DNA from: Gemmatimonadaceae bacterium
GTDB lineage: Bacteria > Gemmatimonadota > Gemmatimonadetes > Gemmatimonadales > Gemmatimonadaceae
Direction: 5' to 3'
Assembly: GCA_045803545.1 (NCBI GenBank)
Contig: JBJMOW010000002.1
Span: 96,001 to 160,000, forward strand
Length of the DNA: 64,000 nucleotides
A program made the position numbers and the translations under genes. Positions 9,325 to 18,674 of this stretch are shown here, one piece after another. Each line of letters opens with the position of its first letter. Within the stretch, counting starts at the first letter, position 1. The notes beneath the pieces were generated by a model that saw only the letters and a list, made by a program, of their open reading frames with translations, searched no databases and was not told where the DNA came from.

Positions 9325-11013
9325 ATGAAAAGTTTGGCTTTGGGGGGTTTTTGCTGTTCCGCCCTCATGGTGGCCGCATCGTGCGCGCCGGCGCGCACAA
9401 CGCCGACGCCAGCGCCCGTGGTCGTACCGCCACTTGTTCCTGCGCCTATCCCGCCGCCAAGTGGACTCAAGCTGCCGCCCGTCCCCGATCTGCGCGGCCC
9501 GGTGAAGATCGACGTCGTATATCCCAAGGCCGATCAAATGCTCACCACGCGCGATTCGAATTTCATCTTCGGGAGCGTTGGTAGCGGTGACGCAGCACTC
9601 GTCATCAATGGTCGCGCAGTTCCCGTCTGGCCAAACGGCGCTTTCATGGGTTGGTTGCCGGTCCCATCGGACAGCGCCCCGCGTTATGAGATTTTTGCCG
9701 GCAACAAGACTGACACTGCGCACCTGACCCTGCCGGTCAAGATTCCAGCTGCTGCCGACACCGCGCGACCGCAAAACGCGGTGGGCGACACTCTCAACCC
9801 CGCGCCGCGGCCAGATTCGCTGGTGCCCACAGTTGGAAGTCTGTACGCAGCGCTCGGCAACCCGGCGTCGACGGTGAACGACACAGACCGTGTTACGATC
9901 GGAATGCCTGAGCCGCGTGAGAGTGGGCAGGTCTACAAGTGGTTTCTGTTCCCCGGAACAGCTGTCAAGGTCACGGGCTATCGAAAGCTCGGTAATTCCG
10001 AGTTCGTACGCGTCGAGCTCGACTCGGGCAATGTCGCGTGGGTGAATCGCAGTGAGCTCGGACGCGACACCGCCGTTGCGACTCCGGGGATGTTCGTTGG
10101 TGATTCCTTGCCGCCGGTCAGAAAGGTCGGCGCCGTTCGCCTTGAACCGACGGCGGACTGGATCGATGTCGTAATTCCAATGACGGGTCCGCCTCCACCA
10201 TACCTCGTTGAAGAAACCGATCGCTCGATCTCGCTTCTCGTCTACGGAGTCACGAATCCTCCCGTCGTTTCACAGATGGCGGAGCCCGCTGATCCCTACT
10301 TCAACAGCATCAGCAGCGCGACTCCTGAGGGCAGTGCTGTTCGTTACACCATCAATTTGAATCGCGCTCCCTACGGCTATCTCGCTCTGTGGCAGAATGG
10401 AGCTCTGACCTTTCGGGTGCGGCGTCCACCGCGTATCGCCGACGCTGCGAATCCGCTGCGTGGTCTCACGATTACCGTCGATCCCGGGCACCCTCCGGGC
10501 GGTGAGACTGGTCCTACTCGACTCTATGAAGCGGACGCCACTCTCCAGGTCGCGTTCCGGCTGCGGGACCTACTGGTTCAGCGCGGGGGGAACGTCGTAA
10601 TGACTCGCACGACGCCCGATCCCGTAGACCTCGGCCTGCGACCGATCATAAGTCGACGCGCCAACGCACATGCGTTCGTCTCCATTCATCTCAACGCCGA
10701 GCCAGACGGCGTCAACCCGTTTGTCACCAACGGGTCGATGACGCTTTATTTCTGGCCCCACTCGGTTCCGCTGGCCACGCCGACACAGGCAGCCTTGCTG
10801 TCCGAGCTCGGGTTGCACGACAAAGGAGTGCAATTCCAGAACATTGCGGTAGCGCGCGGCACATGGATGCCATCGATTCTCACCGAAGGTGCTTACGGAA
10901 TCATGCCCGACCAGGAAGCGGCGATGAGAACGCCGACCTTCCAGGACGCGTACGCCACTGCAATCCTGCACGGACTAGAGAGTTACTTCGCTTCACTCGC
11001 ACAAAAGCCGTGA
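9325..11013 (+). CDS. N-acetylmuramoyl-L-alanine amidase (Amidase_3), probable lipoprotein
   Basis: Lipobox-like VAASC, Pro-rich linker, C-terminal VDPGH..E, VSIHLNA, SILTE motifs. Confidence 0.88.
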   Translation: MKSLALGGFCCSALMVAASCAPARTTPTPAPVVVPPLVPAPIPPPSGLKLPPVPDLRGPVKIDVVYPKADQMLTTRDSNFIFGSVGSGDAALVINGRAVPVWPNGAFMGWLPVPSDSAPRYEIFAGNKTDTAHLTLPVKIPAAADTARPQNAVGDTLNPAPRPDSLVPTVGSLYAALGNPASTVNDTDRVTIGMPEPRESGQVYKWFLFPGTAVKVTGYRKLGNSEFVRVELDSGNVAWVNRSELGRDTAVATPGMFVGDSLPPVRKVGAVRLEPTADWIDVVIPMTGPPPPYLVEETDRSISLLVYGVTNPPVVSQMAEPADPYFNSISSATPEGSAVRYTINLNRAPYGYLALWQNGALTFRVRRPPRIADAANPLRGLTITVDPGHPPGGETGPTRLYEADATLQVAFRLRDLLVQRGGNVVMTRTTPDPVDLGLRPIISRRANAHAFVSIHLNAEPDGVNPFVTNGSMTLYFWPHSVPLATPTQAALLSELGLHDKGVQFQNIAVARGTWMPSILTEGAYGIMPDQEAAMRTPTFQDAYATAILHGLESYFASLAQKP

Positions 11014-13952
11014 GATTCTTCCTGCTCGTCGCCGTGCTATCACTCGGCGCGGCACGGGCAAGCTCCGCCCAGCTGGCTCCCAACGCCGACTGGCACACGC
11101 TCCACACCAGACATTTCCGCGTTCACTTCGCACCGGCACTGGAGCAGGAAGCTCGGCGCGCTGCCGTGAACGCCGAGCGCGCTTACGCTCAACTGTCGAC
11201 GGAGCTCGTGCCTCCCCGCGGGACGATCGACCTCGTCATCTCCGACGACGTGGATTACGTGAATGGATACGCCACGCCTTACCCGACGAATCGAATCGTC
11301 GTCTACGCGCATCCGCCGACTGATGCGTCAGGGTTGCGCGATTACCAGGATTGGAACGCGCTGGTGGTGACTCACGAGCTCACCCACATCTTTCACCTCG
11401 ATCGCAGCCGCGGCATCTGGCGAATCGGCCAGGCCATCTTCGGGCGGAATCCGCTGCTGTTCCCGAACCTTTACGAGCCGAGATGGGTGCTCGAAGGACT
11501 CGCGGTTTACTACGAGTCACGATTGACCGGTGTCGGGAGACTCGAGAGCGCGGAGCACCTGATGACGGCGCGCGCGGCCGCGCTGGCGAACCGCATCCCA
11601 CAATTGCAGGAGTTGTCGCCCGGTACGTCGCGATTTCCCGGCGGCGAAGTCATCTACGTCTACGGCTCGCTGCTGTTCGATTACCTGTCGCGCACCCGCG
11701 GACCTCAGAGCGTTCGTGATTTCGTGGAGATTGGCGCCAAGACGCCGATTCCGTTCATTCTCACTGTGACTTCGCGCAAGGCATTCGGCATGTCGTTCCA
11801 GACAGCGTGGGAGCGGTGGCGCGATTCATTGATGCGCGAAACACGTCAGCCGCACGAAGTCATGCCGGGATGGCGTCAGCTAACCAACGCCGGATATGTG
11901 GCGCTCTTTCCGCGCTGGCTCGGGGACACTACGCTCATTTACGCTGCCGACAAAGCGCGGGAGACGCCCGGCGCCTATCGCGTTGCGCTCGCCGGTCGCG
12001 AGACGCGGCTGGGACGGCGCAACGGATCCAGTCCGAACGTGCCGATGCCGGATGGCAGCGTTCTGTTCTCGCAGCCCGATTTCACCGGCCCGTACAACAT
12101 CCGCAACGATTTGTTCGTCGAGCGGAATGGAAAACAGATCCGACTGACGAAGGGCGCCAGGCTGACGACTCCTGATGTCAGGGCTGACGGAGAGATCGTC
12201 GCAGTGCAGGACGAGCCCGCGACGACGAGAATCGTTCGCGTATCGCCTGACGGAAAACGCGTTACGCCGATTACCACGACCACTCTCGACGTGCAGTGGT
12301 CGGATCCGCGTTGGTCGCCGGATGGATCACGCATCGTCGCGGTGCGACAAAGTCGCGGACGATCGGAGATCGTCATTCTTGATTCGGCTGGGAAGGTCAT
12401 CGACTCGTTCGGAGCTACGCGCGCTATCAATTCCAGTCCAAGCTGGTCGCCCGACGGCCGCCGAATCTATTTCTCATCGGAACGAACTGGCGCCCCGCAG
12501 ATCTTTGTAGCTGATGTCACGAGTTTTGGCCCGACCGTTTTTCGCATCAGTGATGCGGCAACCGGTTTGTTCGCTCCCGAGGCTGCGCCCGACCAGAGCG
12601 AGCTGGCAACGCTCTTGTTCAAGGCTGACGGCTACCATCTCGGTGTTGCGCCCTTGCGTGGCGTAACCCGCTACGCCATCGCCGACAGCACGCGCATCAG
12701 TCCACGCGCCGGGTGCGTGAACTGCCTTGACACCGTTCCCGGCCTGACGCCCCTCGGCGTCGCTGACCTGTCGAAGGCGACCAGGTACTCGGCATTTCCC
12801 TCTGTCCTGCCACGCTATTGGCTTCCCGTTTTCGCGAGCTCGACCCAGGACGGCTTCACCTACGGTCTGCAAACCAGCGGAACCGATGTCGTCGGAAGAC
12901 ACGGGTACACCGTCGACATCGAGCACAACAACCGCTTCGGCCAAAACTCCGCGTTTCTTTCGTATCGCTACGCGGGCTTTGGCTTACCGCTGCTCGACGT
13001 GTTCGCGTCGCAGAGTTACTCGAACGGTTCACTGTTCGCCGACGTCAACGGCGCAACCGTAAACGTGGGGGATCTGCTCGAGCTGGACCGCTATGCGGCG
13101 CTGGAAGCGACGTTCGTTCGACCGCGGTTCCGCACCTATTCACTCGGGTCGGTCGGCGCAGAGATCGAGCGCATCGGTTACTCGACGTCCCCCGACACGC
13201 TCTTTCCGCATCTGAACGAGTTCTATCAGATGACGCGTACCTTCCCAGGAATAATCGCTTCAGCGGGCTGGTCCAACGCACAGCGCCCGGCGCTCAGTAT
13301 CTCGCCCGAGGATGGAATCAGCGCCAGCATCAGCGGGCGACAGCGTTGGCGCTCGGGTACGTCGGGCGCGTCAACGCGGAGCGTCGTTGCCGTTACGTCA
13401 CTGTACAAATCGCTCGACCTGCCAGGGCCGGCGCATCACGTGATCGCATTGCGTGGGGCCGGCGGAATCACCGACGAGCAAAGTCCCAACCTTTTCTCTG
13501 CCGGCGGGCTGTCCGGCACAACCCTGGAGATCTTTCCGGGCTATGTGCTGGGCCAGCAGCGTCGCACCTTCGGCGTTCGCGGTTATCCGCCCAGCGCGGA
13601 GAGCGGAATTCGAGCGTACTCCGCGACCGCTGAATATCGAGCCCCGCTATTCACTCCGTCCCGCGGCTTCCGGTTCATTCCGGTATTCATCGACCGCGGC
13701 TCGCTTACTTTTTTTGGAGAAACCGGCCGGGCGTACTGTCCGGGTTCCGTCGGCGGTAACACTGTGTGCCGAACGATCGACATCGGGAATCCAGCAATGA
13801 CGTCAGTCGGCGCTGAGTTGAATTTCGACACCGGGTTGCAGCTCGATGTTCAGGCGCGGATGCGCTTTGGTTTAGCCTTCCCGCTCGCGAATCGAGAGGA
13901 GTTCGGCGCTGCTCGCGCACAAGCCTACGTCACCTTCGGCTCCTCGTTCTAA
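11010..13952 (+). CDS. Outer-membrane protein: HExxH metallopeptidase-like domain, PD40/TolB-like propeller and Omp85-like barrel
   Basis: Signal peptide, HELTH..EGLA, repeated P.WSPDG motifs, VRGY motif and terminal Phe. GTGA overlap with the amidase. Confidence 0.75.
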   Translation: MRFFLLVAVLSLGAARASSAQLAPNADWHTLHTRHFRVHFAPALEQEARRAAVNAERAYAQLSTELVPPRGTIDLVISDDVDYVNGYATPYPTNRIVVYAHPPTDASGLRDYQDWNALVVTHELTHIFHLDRSRGIWRIGQAIFGRNPLLFPNLYEPRWVLEGLAVYYESRLTGVGRLESAEHLMTARAAALANRIPQLQELSPGTSRFPGGEVIYVYGSLLFDYLSRTRGPQSVRDFVEIGAKTPIPFILTVTSRKAFGMSFQTAWERWRDSLMRETRQPHEVMPGWRQLTNAGYVALFPRWLGDTTLIYAADKARETPGAYRVALAGRETRLGRRNGSSPNVPMPDGSVLFSQPDFTGPYNIRNDLFVERNGKQIRLTKGARLTTPDVRADGEIVAVQDEPATTRIVRVSPDGKRVTPITTTTLDVQWSDPRWSPDGSRIVAVRQSRGRSEIVILDSAGKVIDSFGATRAINSSPSWSPDGRRIYFSSERTGAPQIFVADVTSFGPTVFRISDAATGLFAPEAAPDQSELATLLFKADGYHLGVAPLRGVTRYAIADSTRISPRAGCVNCLDTVPGLTPLGVADLSKATRYSAFPSVLPRYWLPVFASSTQDGFTYGLQTSGTDVVGRHGYTVDIEHNNRFGQNSAFLSYRYAGFGLPLLDVFASQSYSNGSLFADVNGATVNVGDLLELDRYAALEATFVRPRFRTYSLGSVGAEIERIGYSTSPDTLFPHLNEFYQMTRTFPGIIASAGWSNAQRPALSISPEDGISASISGRQRWRSGTSGASTRSVVAVTSLYKSLDLPGPAHHVIALRGAGGITDEQSPNLFSAGGLSGTTLEIFPGYVLGQQRRTFGVRGYPPSAESGIRAYSATAEYRAPLFTPSRGFRFIPVFIDRGSLTFFGETGRAYCPGSVGGNTVCRTIDIGNPAMTSVGAELNFDTGLQLDVQARMRFGLAFPLANREEFGAARAQAYVTFGSSF

Positions 13953-14392
13953 GGCGTCGTGATTCCAGGCAAAGAGACCTCTTTTGTCGCGGGCTCGCGG
14001 GCCTCGCTGCGCGCGACGGTGGCTGGTCCAGCAAAGACTCGCACGCTTCTCGTAATGAGCGACGCAGCGACCTAAGAGTATGCCCGTGGTGTATTTATAA
14101 GAGGCTCGGCGGTTTTGGGACCGTGGCGAAGACCGGTCTGCGATATGCAGTTTTCTTCTTTCGCGCAAGCTCGGCAGCGTAAGGTGGAAAAACTGAAGGC
14201 TCCCCGCGGTTCGTGATGTGGATTCCGTTAAGTCGTTGTCGAATAAGCGAGTAGGGTCAGACTGGCGCGGAATCACGAATCCAAATAGGTTGCCAACCCG
14301 CGTCGAATCGACCCGCGCGGAGGCGTTTTTTCGCCGAGTTCATCGTCCACTTATTGACTACCTTTTCTTCAAGCGTCGGAGAGCTGCAAATA

Positions 14393-16882
14393 ATGCCCAT
14401 TCCCGCCACACCGCCCGCAGGCGAAGCCCAGCTGAGTGACAATGCGCGCACCGTGATCAGCAAGCGATATCTGATCAAGGATGCGGCGGGCACGCCTACG
14501 GAAAAGCCAGAGAACATGTTCTGGCGTGTGGCGTCCACCGTCGCCGAAGCCGACCGCAGGTATGGGTCGTCCGACGCGGAAGTGACGGACACGGCGACTG
14601 ATTTCTACAATCTGATGACCGAGCGGCGGTTCGAGCCGAACTCGCCGACGCTCATGAACGCCGGCCGTCCACTGGGCCAGCTCTCTGCCTGCTTTGTGTT
14701 GCCGGTCGAGGACGCGCTCTCGAACGGGCGCGACGGCATCTACGACACCCTCCGCGCCATGGCGTTGATCCACCAGTCTGGCGGTGGGACTGGTTTTGCC
14801 TTCTCGAAGCTGCGCGGTCAGGGTTCGATGGTAAGATCCACCACCGGCGTTGCATCAGGACCGGTCTCGTTCATGAAGCTCTACGACGCTTCGACCGATG
14901 CCGTGAAGCAGGGTGGAACTCGTCGGGGCGCCAACATGGGCATTCTGCGCGTCGATCACCCCGACATTCTGGATTTCATCACCTGCAAGGAAGATCTGAC
15001 TCAGGTTACGAACTTCAACATTTCTGTCGGCGTCACCGACAAGTTCATGAAGGCGGTGAAGGCAGGTACCAGCTACGATCTGATCGACCCGAGCACCGGC
15101 AAGGCGTCCGGTCAGCTCGATGCCCGCACGGTCTGGGACAAGATGATCGACGGAGCCTGGAGAACAGGCGAACCCGGCTGCTTCTTCATCGATGAAGCCA
15201 ACCGCTTCAATCCAGTTCCCCACGTCGGTCAGTACGAGGCAACCAATCCGTGTGGCGAGCAGCCGCTGCTGCCGTACGATGTCTGCAACCTCGGCTCGAT
15301 CAACGTCGGTGTTTATGTGAAGGACGGCGAGATGGATTGGGAAGCGCTGAAGCGCGACATCCATCTCTCGACGCACTTCCTCGATAACATCATCGACGTC
15401 AACAAGTATCCGCTGCCCGAGATCGATGCGCTCTCGAAGAGAATTCGTCGCATTGGTTTTGGCGTGATGGGATTCGCCGACGCGCTGGTGCGCCTGGGCA
15501 TTGCTTACAACAGCGTCGAGGGCGTCGAGTTCGGTCGCAGACTGCAGAAATTCGTCGATGTCGAGTCGAAGCGCGAAAGCGAGAGACTGGCGAACGAGCG
15601 CGGACCGTTCCCTGAGTGGGCGCGATCGATCTGGGGCCCGGACGAGACCTGCGCGAGAGATGCGAAGGGCAATCGGGTTCGTCCGATGCAGATGCTGCGT
15701 AACTGCAACGTCAACACGATCGCTCCGACCGGTACCATCTCGATTATCGCTGGCTGCTCATCGGGCATCGAGCCGCTTTTTGCGATTGCGTTCATGCGCA
15801 ATCAGGCCGGCGTGATGATGCCTGATATCAATGAGGACTTCGTCGCGATTGCCAGGAAGGAAGGCTGGTACTCCGACGAGCTGATGGAAAAGATCGCGAA
15901 CCAGGGTCACATCCACTTCGACGAAGTGCCTGAGCACTGGCAGCGCGTCTTTGTCACCGCGCACGACATCACCCCCGAGTGGCACGTGCGTATGCAGGCT
16001 GCCTTCCAGGAGCATTGCGACTCGGCGATCTCTAAGACGACGAATTTCCCGCACGCGGCTAGTCCTGAAGACGTGCGCGAGATTTACGAGCTCGCCTACG
16101 CGCTCAAGTGCAAAGGCGTGACGGTGTATCGCGATGGTTCGCGCGACAACCAGGTTCTGTCGACTGGTGCGACCGAAACCGCGAAAGCGGACCGCGAAGG
16201 CCGCACCGAGCGCGCTGACGCACACGGCACAATCGCCGAGCTCGAGGCAGAAGTCACCCGTCTCAAGGAAGCTTTGTTCGACGCGGAAGCAGAGAATCTG
16301 CAGCGTCGCGCCAAGCGCTCACGCCCCGACACCTTGCGTGGCATCACGACGCGCATCGAGACCCCGCTGGGCACGATGTTCCTCAACATCACGGAGGACG
16401 ATCGCGGCCAGCCATTCGAGGTATTCATCAATCTCGGGAAGGCCGGCGGCGCAGCGATGGCGGACGCCGAAGCAATTGGTCGCCTCATTTCGCTCGCGCT
16501 GCGATCAGGTATTCCGATCCGCGAAGTCCATCGTCAGCTGCGCGGCATCGCTTCCGACAAGGCAATCGGGCTGGGGCCCAACAAGGTGCTCTCCGTCCCG
16601 GACGCCATCGGCATCGCGCTGGAGAAATGGATGCGCGAGAAGCAGGGCGTCCAGCAGGATTTGCTCGCCGCACCCCCGATCTCGCCCTCGCCGGTCGAGA
16701 TAGTACAGCCGAAGCCAACTCCGATGGTGAATTCGGGCGAGGGCACGCAGGCGCAATTCGGATTCGACGCCGTGAATCGCAGCGAATCGTTTATCGGCAC
16801 CTGCCCGGACTGCGGCTCGTCTCTCGAGTTCGCCGAAGGCTGCGCGAAGTGCCACGTGTGCGGGTTTTCGGAGTGCGGATAA
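14393..16882 (+). CDS. nrdJ: Class II (adenosylcobalamin-dependent) ribonucleotide reductase with C-terminal TSCPD/Zn-ribbon region
   Basis: PNSPTLMNAG, SACFV, QGG.RRGANM, TNPCGEQ, CNLGS, APTGTIS, C-terminal CPDC..EGC..C..CGFSEC. Confidence 0.92.
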   Translation: MPIPATPPAGEAQLSDNARTVISKRYLIKDAAGTPTEKPENMFWRVASTVAEADRRYGSSDAEVTDTATDFYNLMTERRFEPNSPTLMNAGRPLGQLSACFVLPVEDALSNGRDGIYDTLRAMALIHQSGGGTGFAFSKLRGQGSMVRSTTGVASGPVSFMKLYDASTDAVKQGGTRRGANMGILRVDHPDILDFITCKEDLTQVTNFNISVGVTDKFMKAVKAGTSYDLIDPSTGKASGQLDARTVWDKMIDGAWRTGEPGCFFIDEANRFNPVPHVGQYEATNPCGEQPLLPYDVCNLGSINVGVYVKDGEMDWEALKRDIHLSTHFLDNIIDVNKYPLPEIDALSKRIRRIGFGVMGFADALVRLGIAYNSVEGVEFGRRLQKFVDVESKRESERLANERGPFPEWARSIWGPDETCARDAKGNRVRPMQMLRNCNVNTIAPTGTISIIAGCSSGIEPLFAIAFMRNQAGVMMPDINEDFVAIARKEGWYSDELMEKIANQGHIHFDEVPEHWQRVFVTAHDITPEWHVRMQAAFQEHCDSAISKTTNFPHAASPEDVREIYELAYALKCKGVTVYRDGSRDNQVLSTGATETAKADREGRTERADAHGTIAELEAEVTRLKEALFDAEAENLQRRAKRSRPDTLRGITTRIETPLGTMFLNITEDDRGQPFEVFINLGKAGGAAMADAEAIGRLISLALRSGIPIREVHRQLRGIASDKAIGLGPNKVLSVPDAIGIALEKWMREKQGVQQDLLAAPPISPSPVEIVQPKPTPMVNSGEGTQAQFGFDAVNRSESFIGTCPDCGSSLEFAEGCAKCHVCGFSECG

Positions 16883-17096
16883 GACTGCCGGCTTAAAAGC
16901 GAACTACCTCGCTGGTAGCTGATGGCAGCACGCTAATAGCTGATCGCTGCCGGCAACGGGACAGATGGCGACCGTCCTGAGGAAAACCGTGTCGTTGATG
17001 GAATCGGACGGAGTCTGTCCAGTCGCTTGCAGCGAACAGCCAACAGCTAGCTGCTATAAGCTACTAGCGAGGCCGTTGGCAGTTCGGTTCGCAGTC
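16883..17096. repeat. Long imperfect intergenic inverted repeat with 7-nt periodic arms
   Basis: 16907-16950 (cctcgctggtagctgatggcagc...gctgc) pairs with 17029-17072. Inner stems ggacagat/gtctgtcc and ccgtcc/ggacgg. Confidence 0.8.
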
Positions 17097-17104
17097 CTAA
17101 TCTG

Positions 17105-17647
17105 CTACCTCACTCCGCCGAACCACCGGAGCCGCTTCATCCCCTTACTAACAAGGTCCTCCGGCCCCAGGCTGCGTCCGCGCTTCCAGTAGAAGTCCAT
17201 CTCGTCATTAACCGCAGCCAATGCGAACCTGGACTCTTTGATCAGAAGAAAGGCGACGTAAAGTAGAAGGGCAGCGCCGATGAGGCCGAGCGCGATTGGC
17301 ACCGGGGTGAAGGCGGAGCTGAAGACAGCAACCAGTCCAATGCTAACGCTCGTCCCGATGAAGAAAGCGAGCGCGCCGTACAGGCGCGATAACGCCCGCT
17401 GAAGCAATCTCGAACGCGTGGTCACGTAGTCCAGCTGTATGAACAGCATACGCCGTTCTTCTTCGATCTCGGCCGTCTGCTCGACACTTGCCATCGGCGC
17501 CAATAGAGCCGCTATGTCGCGGGTTCGCTCAACGGCTCGGTTCAATCGATCGGAAGTGGCAAGAATCAGCGATCCGCAGGCCGAGATGAGGACGGCGGGG
17601 GTGATCATCGCCGACAGCACGGAGATCGCGTTGGCGAAGTTGGTCAT
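17105..17647 (-). CDS. DUF2721-like membrane protein
   Basis: AMITPAVLISACGSL..RL.R pattern, three hydrophobic segments. Confidence 0.75.
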   Translation of the reverse strand: MTNFANAISVLSAMITPAVLISACGSLILATSDRLNRAVERTRDIAALLAPMASVEQTAEIEEERRMLFIQLDYVTTRSRLLQRALSRLYGALAFFIGTSVSIGLVAVFSSAFTPVPIALGLIGAALLLYVAFLLIKESRFALAAVNDEMDFYWKRGRSLGPEDLVSKGMKRLRWFGGVR

Positions 17648-17766
17648 CGAGTTGAAGTCGATTTCAGCACCTCAATGGCGGCCCGAGTCGCCAGAAACTT
17701 ACTCAGCCTTGCGCGAAAATGACCCAGTGACAGCTTTCTATGACCATTACCACAACGCACAAATCA

Positions 17767-17958
17767 ATGGACAACAAAAAGCTTCTCGCTCTAGCCAAAA
17801 AGAACGCCGCCAAGAGCGGCTCCAACTCGAAGGTGCCCAAGGGATTCGGGAAGAAATACGACAAGAATCTCTCCGATCTTCCTACCGACGCCGACACGTT
17901 GAAAGAGCGGCAGGAACACGAGCGTTTTTTCAAGGAGATGCGGAAGCGGGACTTCTAA
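17767..17958 (+). CDS. Small basic hypothetical protein (63 aa)
   Basis: Lys-rich ORF MDNKKLL...RKRDF that fills the gap before the DUF2911-like gene. Confidence 0.5.
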   Translation: MDNKKLLALAKKNAAKSGSNSKVPKGFGKKYDKNLSDLPTDADTLKERQEHERFFKEMRKRDF

Positions 17959-17993
17959 CCAGAGTTTCACCCCAAAAGAAAGGAGCCAAAGTC

Positions 17994-18659
17994 ATGCGCG
18001 TGTTACCCGTCCTCGCAGTGACTATCAGTCTCGTTGCGACGCCTTTCGCAGTAGCACAACAACCCGCGGCGCCCGCGCCGACCAACGCTACGCCGGCGCA
18101 GCAAGCACCACGGATTCCCAGAGCCGCAGCGAGCACCCGGGCGTCGGTCGAAGTGCTGGTGGACAGTCGGTATGACTCAAAGGAGGGCGGGTGGTTTGGC
18201 GCTCTCAACCTCGCCGGGCCGGCGAAAATCTCCATCGACTACGGCCAGCCACACCTGCGTGGCCGCAATGTCATTGGCATGCCGGGTGTTGTTCCGTGGG
18301 ACAGCGCCTGGCGCACGGGCGCCAATATGGCGACGCAGTTATCTACGGAGGTCGACCTCACCATCGGAAACACCTTCATCCCGCGTGGCGTCTATACGCT
18401 CTTCTCATTCCCCACGCGCAACGGGTGGAAACTCATCGTCAGCAAGGCGGTCATGCAGTGGGGCACTGATTACGACGCGTCCAACGATTTTGCGCGCATC
18501 GATCTCCGTCAGCGCACGCTTGCCGAACCGGTCGAGAGCCTCACGTTCTGGCTGATTCCGGCGATTGAGGCACCGCCGTCGAGTACTTTCCCGCACGGCG
18601 TTCTGAAATTCGCCTGGGGCAACACGGAGCTTTCGACCGATTGGCGCGTCGGCCGTTAG
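17994..18659 (+). CDS. DUF2911-like secreted protein
   Basis: Signal peptide, IDYGQP..RGR, WRTGAN.AT, G.YTLF.P..W, QWG..YD. SD aaggag upstream. Confidence 0.8.
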   Translation: MRVLPVLAVTISLVATPFAVAQQPAAPAPTNATPAQQAPRIPRAAASTRASVEVLVDSRYDSKEGGWFGALNLAGPAKISIDYGQPHLRGRNVIGMPGVVPWDSAWRTGANMATQLSTEVDLTIGNTFIPRGVYTLFSFPTRNGWKLIVSKAVMQWGTDYDASNDFARIDLRQRTLAEPVESLTFWLIPAIEAPPSSTFPHGVLKFAWGNTELSTDWRVGR

Positions 18660-18674
18660 CCGCCATGCTGCCGT

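Noticed and set aside
13953..14392. Cobalamin riboswitch, NrdR boxes, RNase P RNA or tmRNA upstream of nrdJ
   Set aside because: Their diagnostic motifs were not found by eye on either strand.
14393..16882. Intein or intron in the ribonucleotide reductase
   Set aside because: The length and motif spacing are continuous, with no splice motifs.
16972..17011. ctgagga inside a stem, resembling a hammerhead ribozyme core
   Set aside because: No stem II followed by GAAA in the required position.
17439..17993. Long N-terminal extensions in the ORF track (also 3187, 10863, 20225, 29547 and 39154)
   Set aside because: They overlap better-supported genes or the SRP RNA. Downstream starts fit family N-termini, signal peptides or SD sites.
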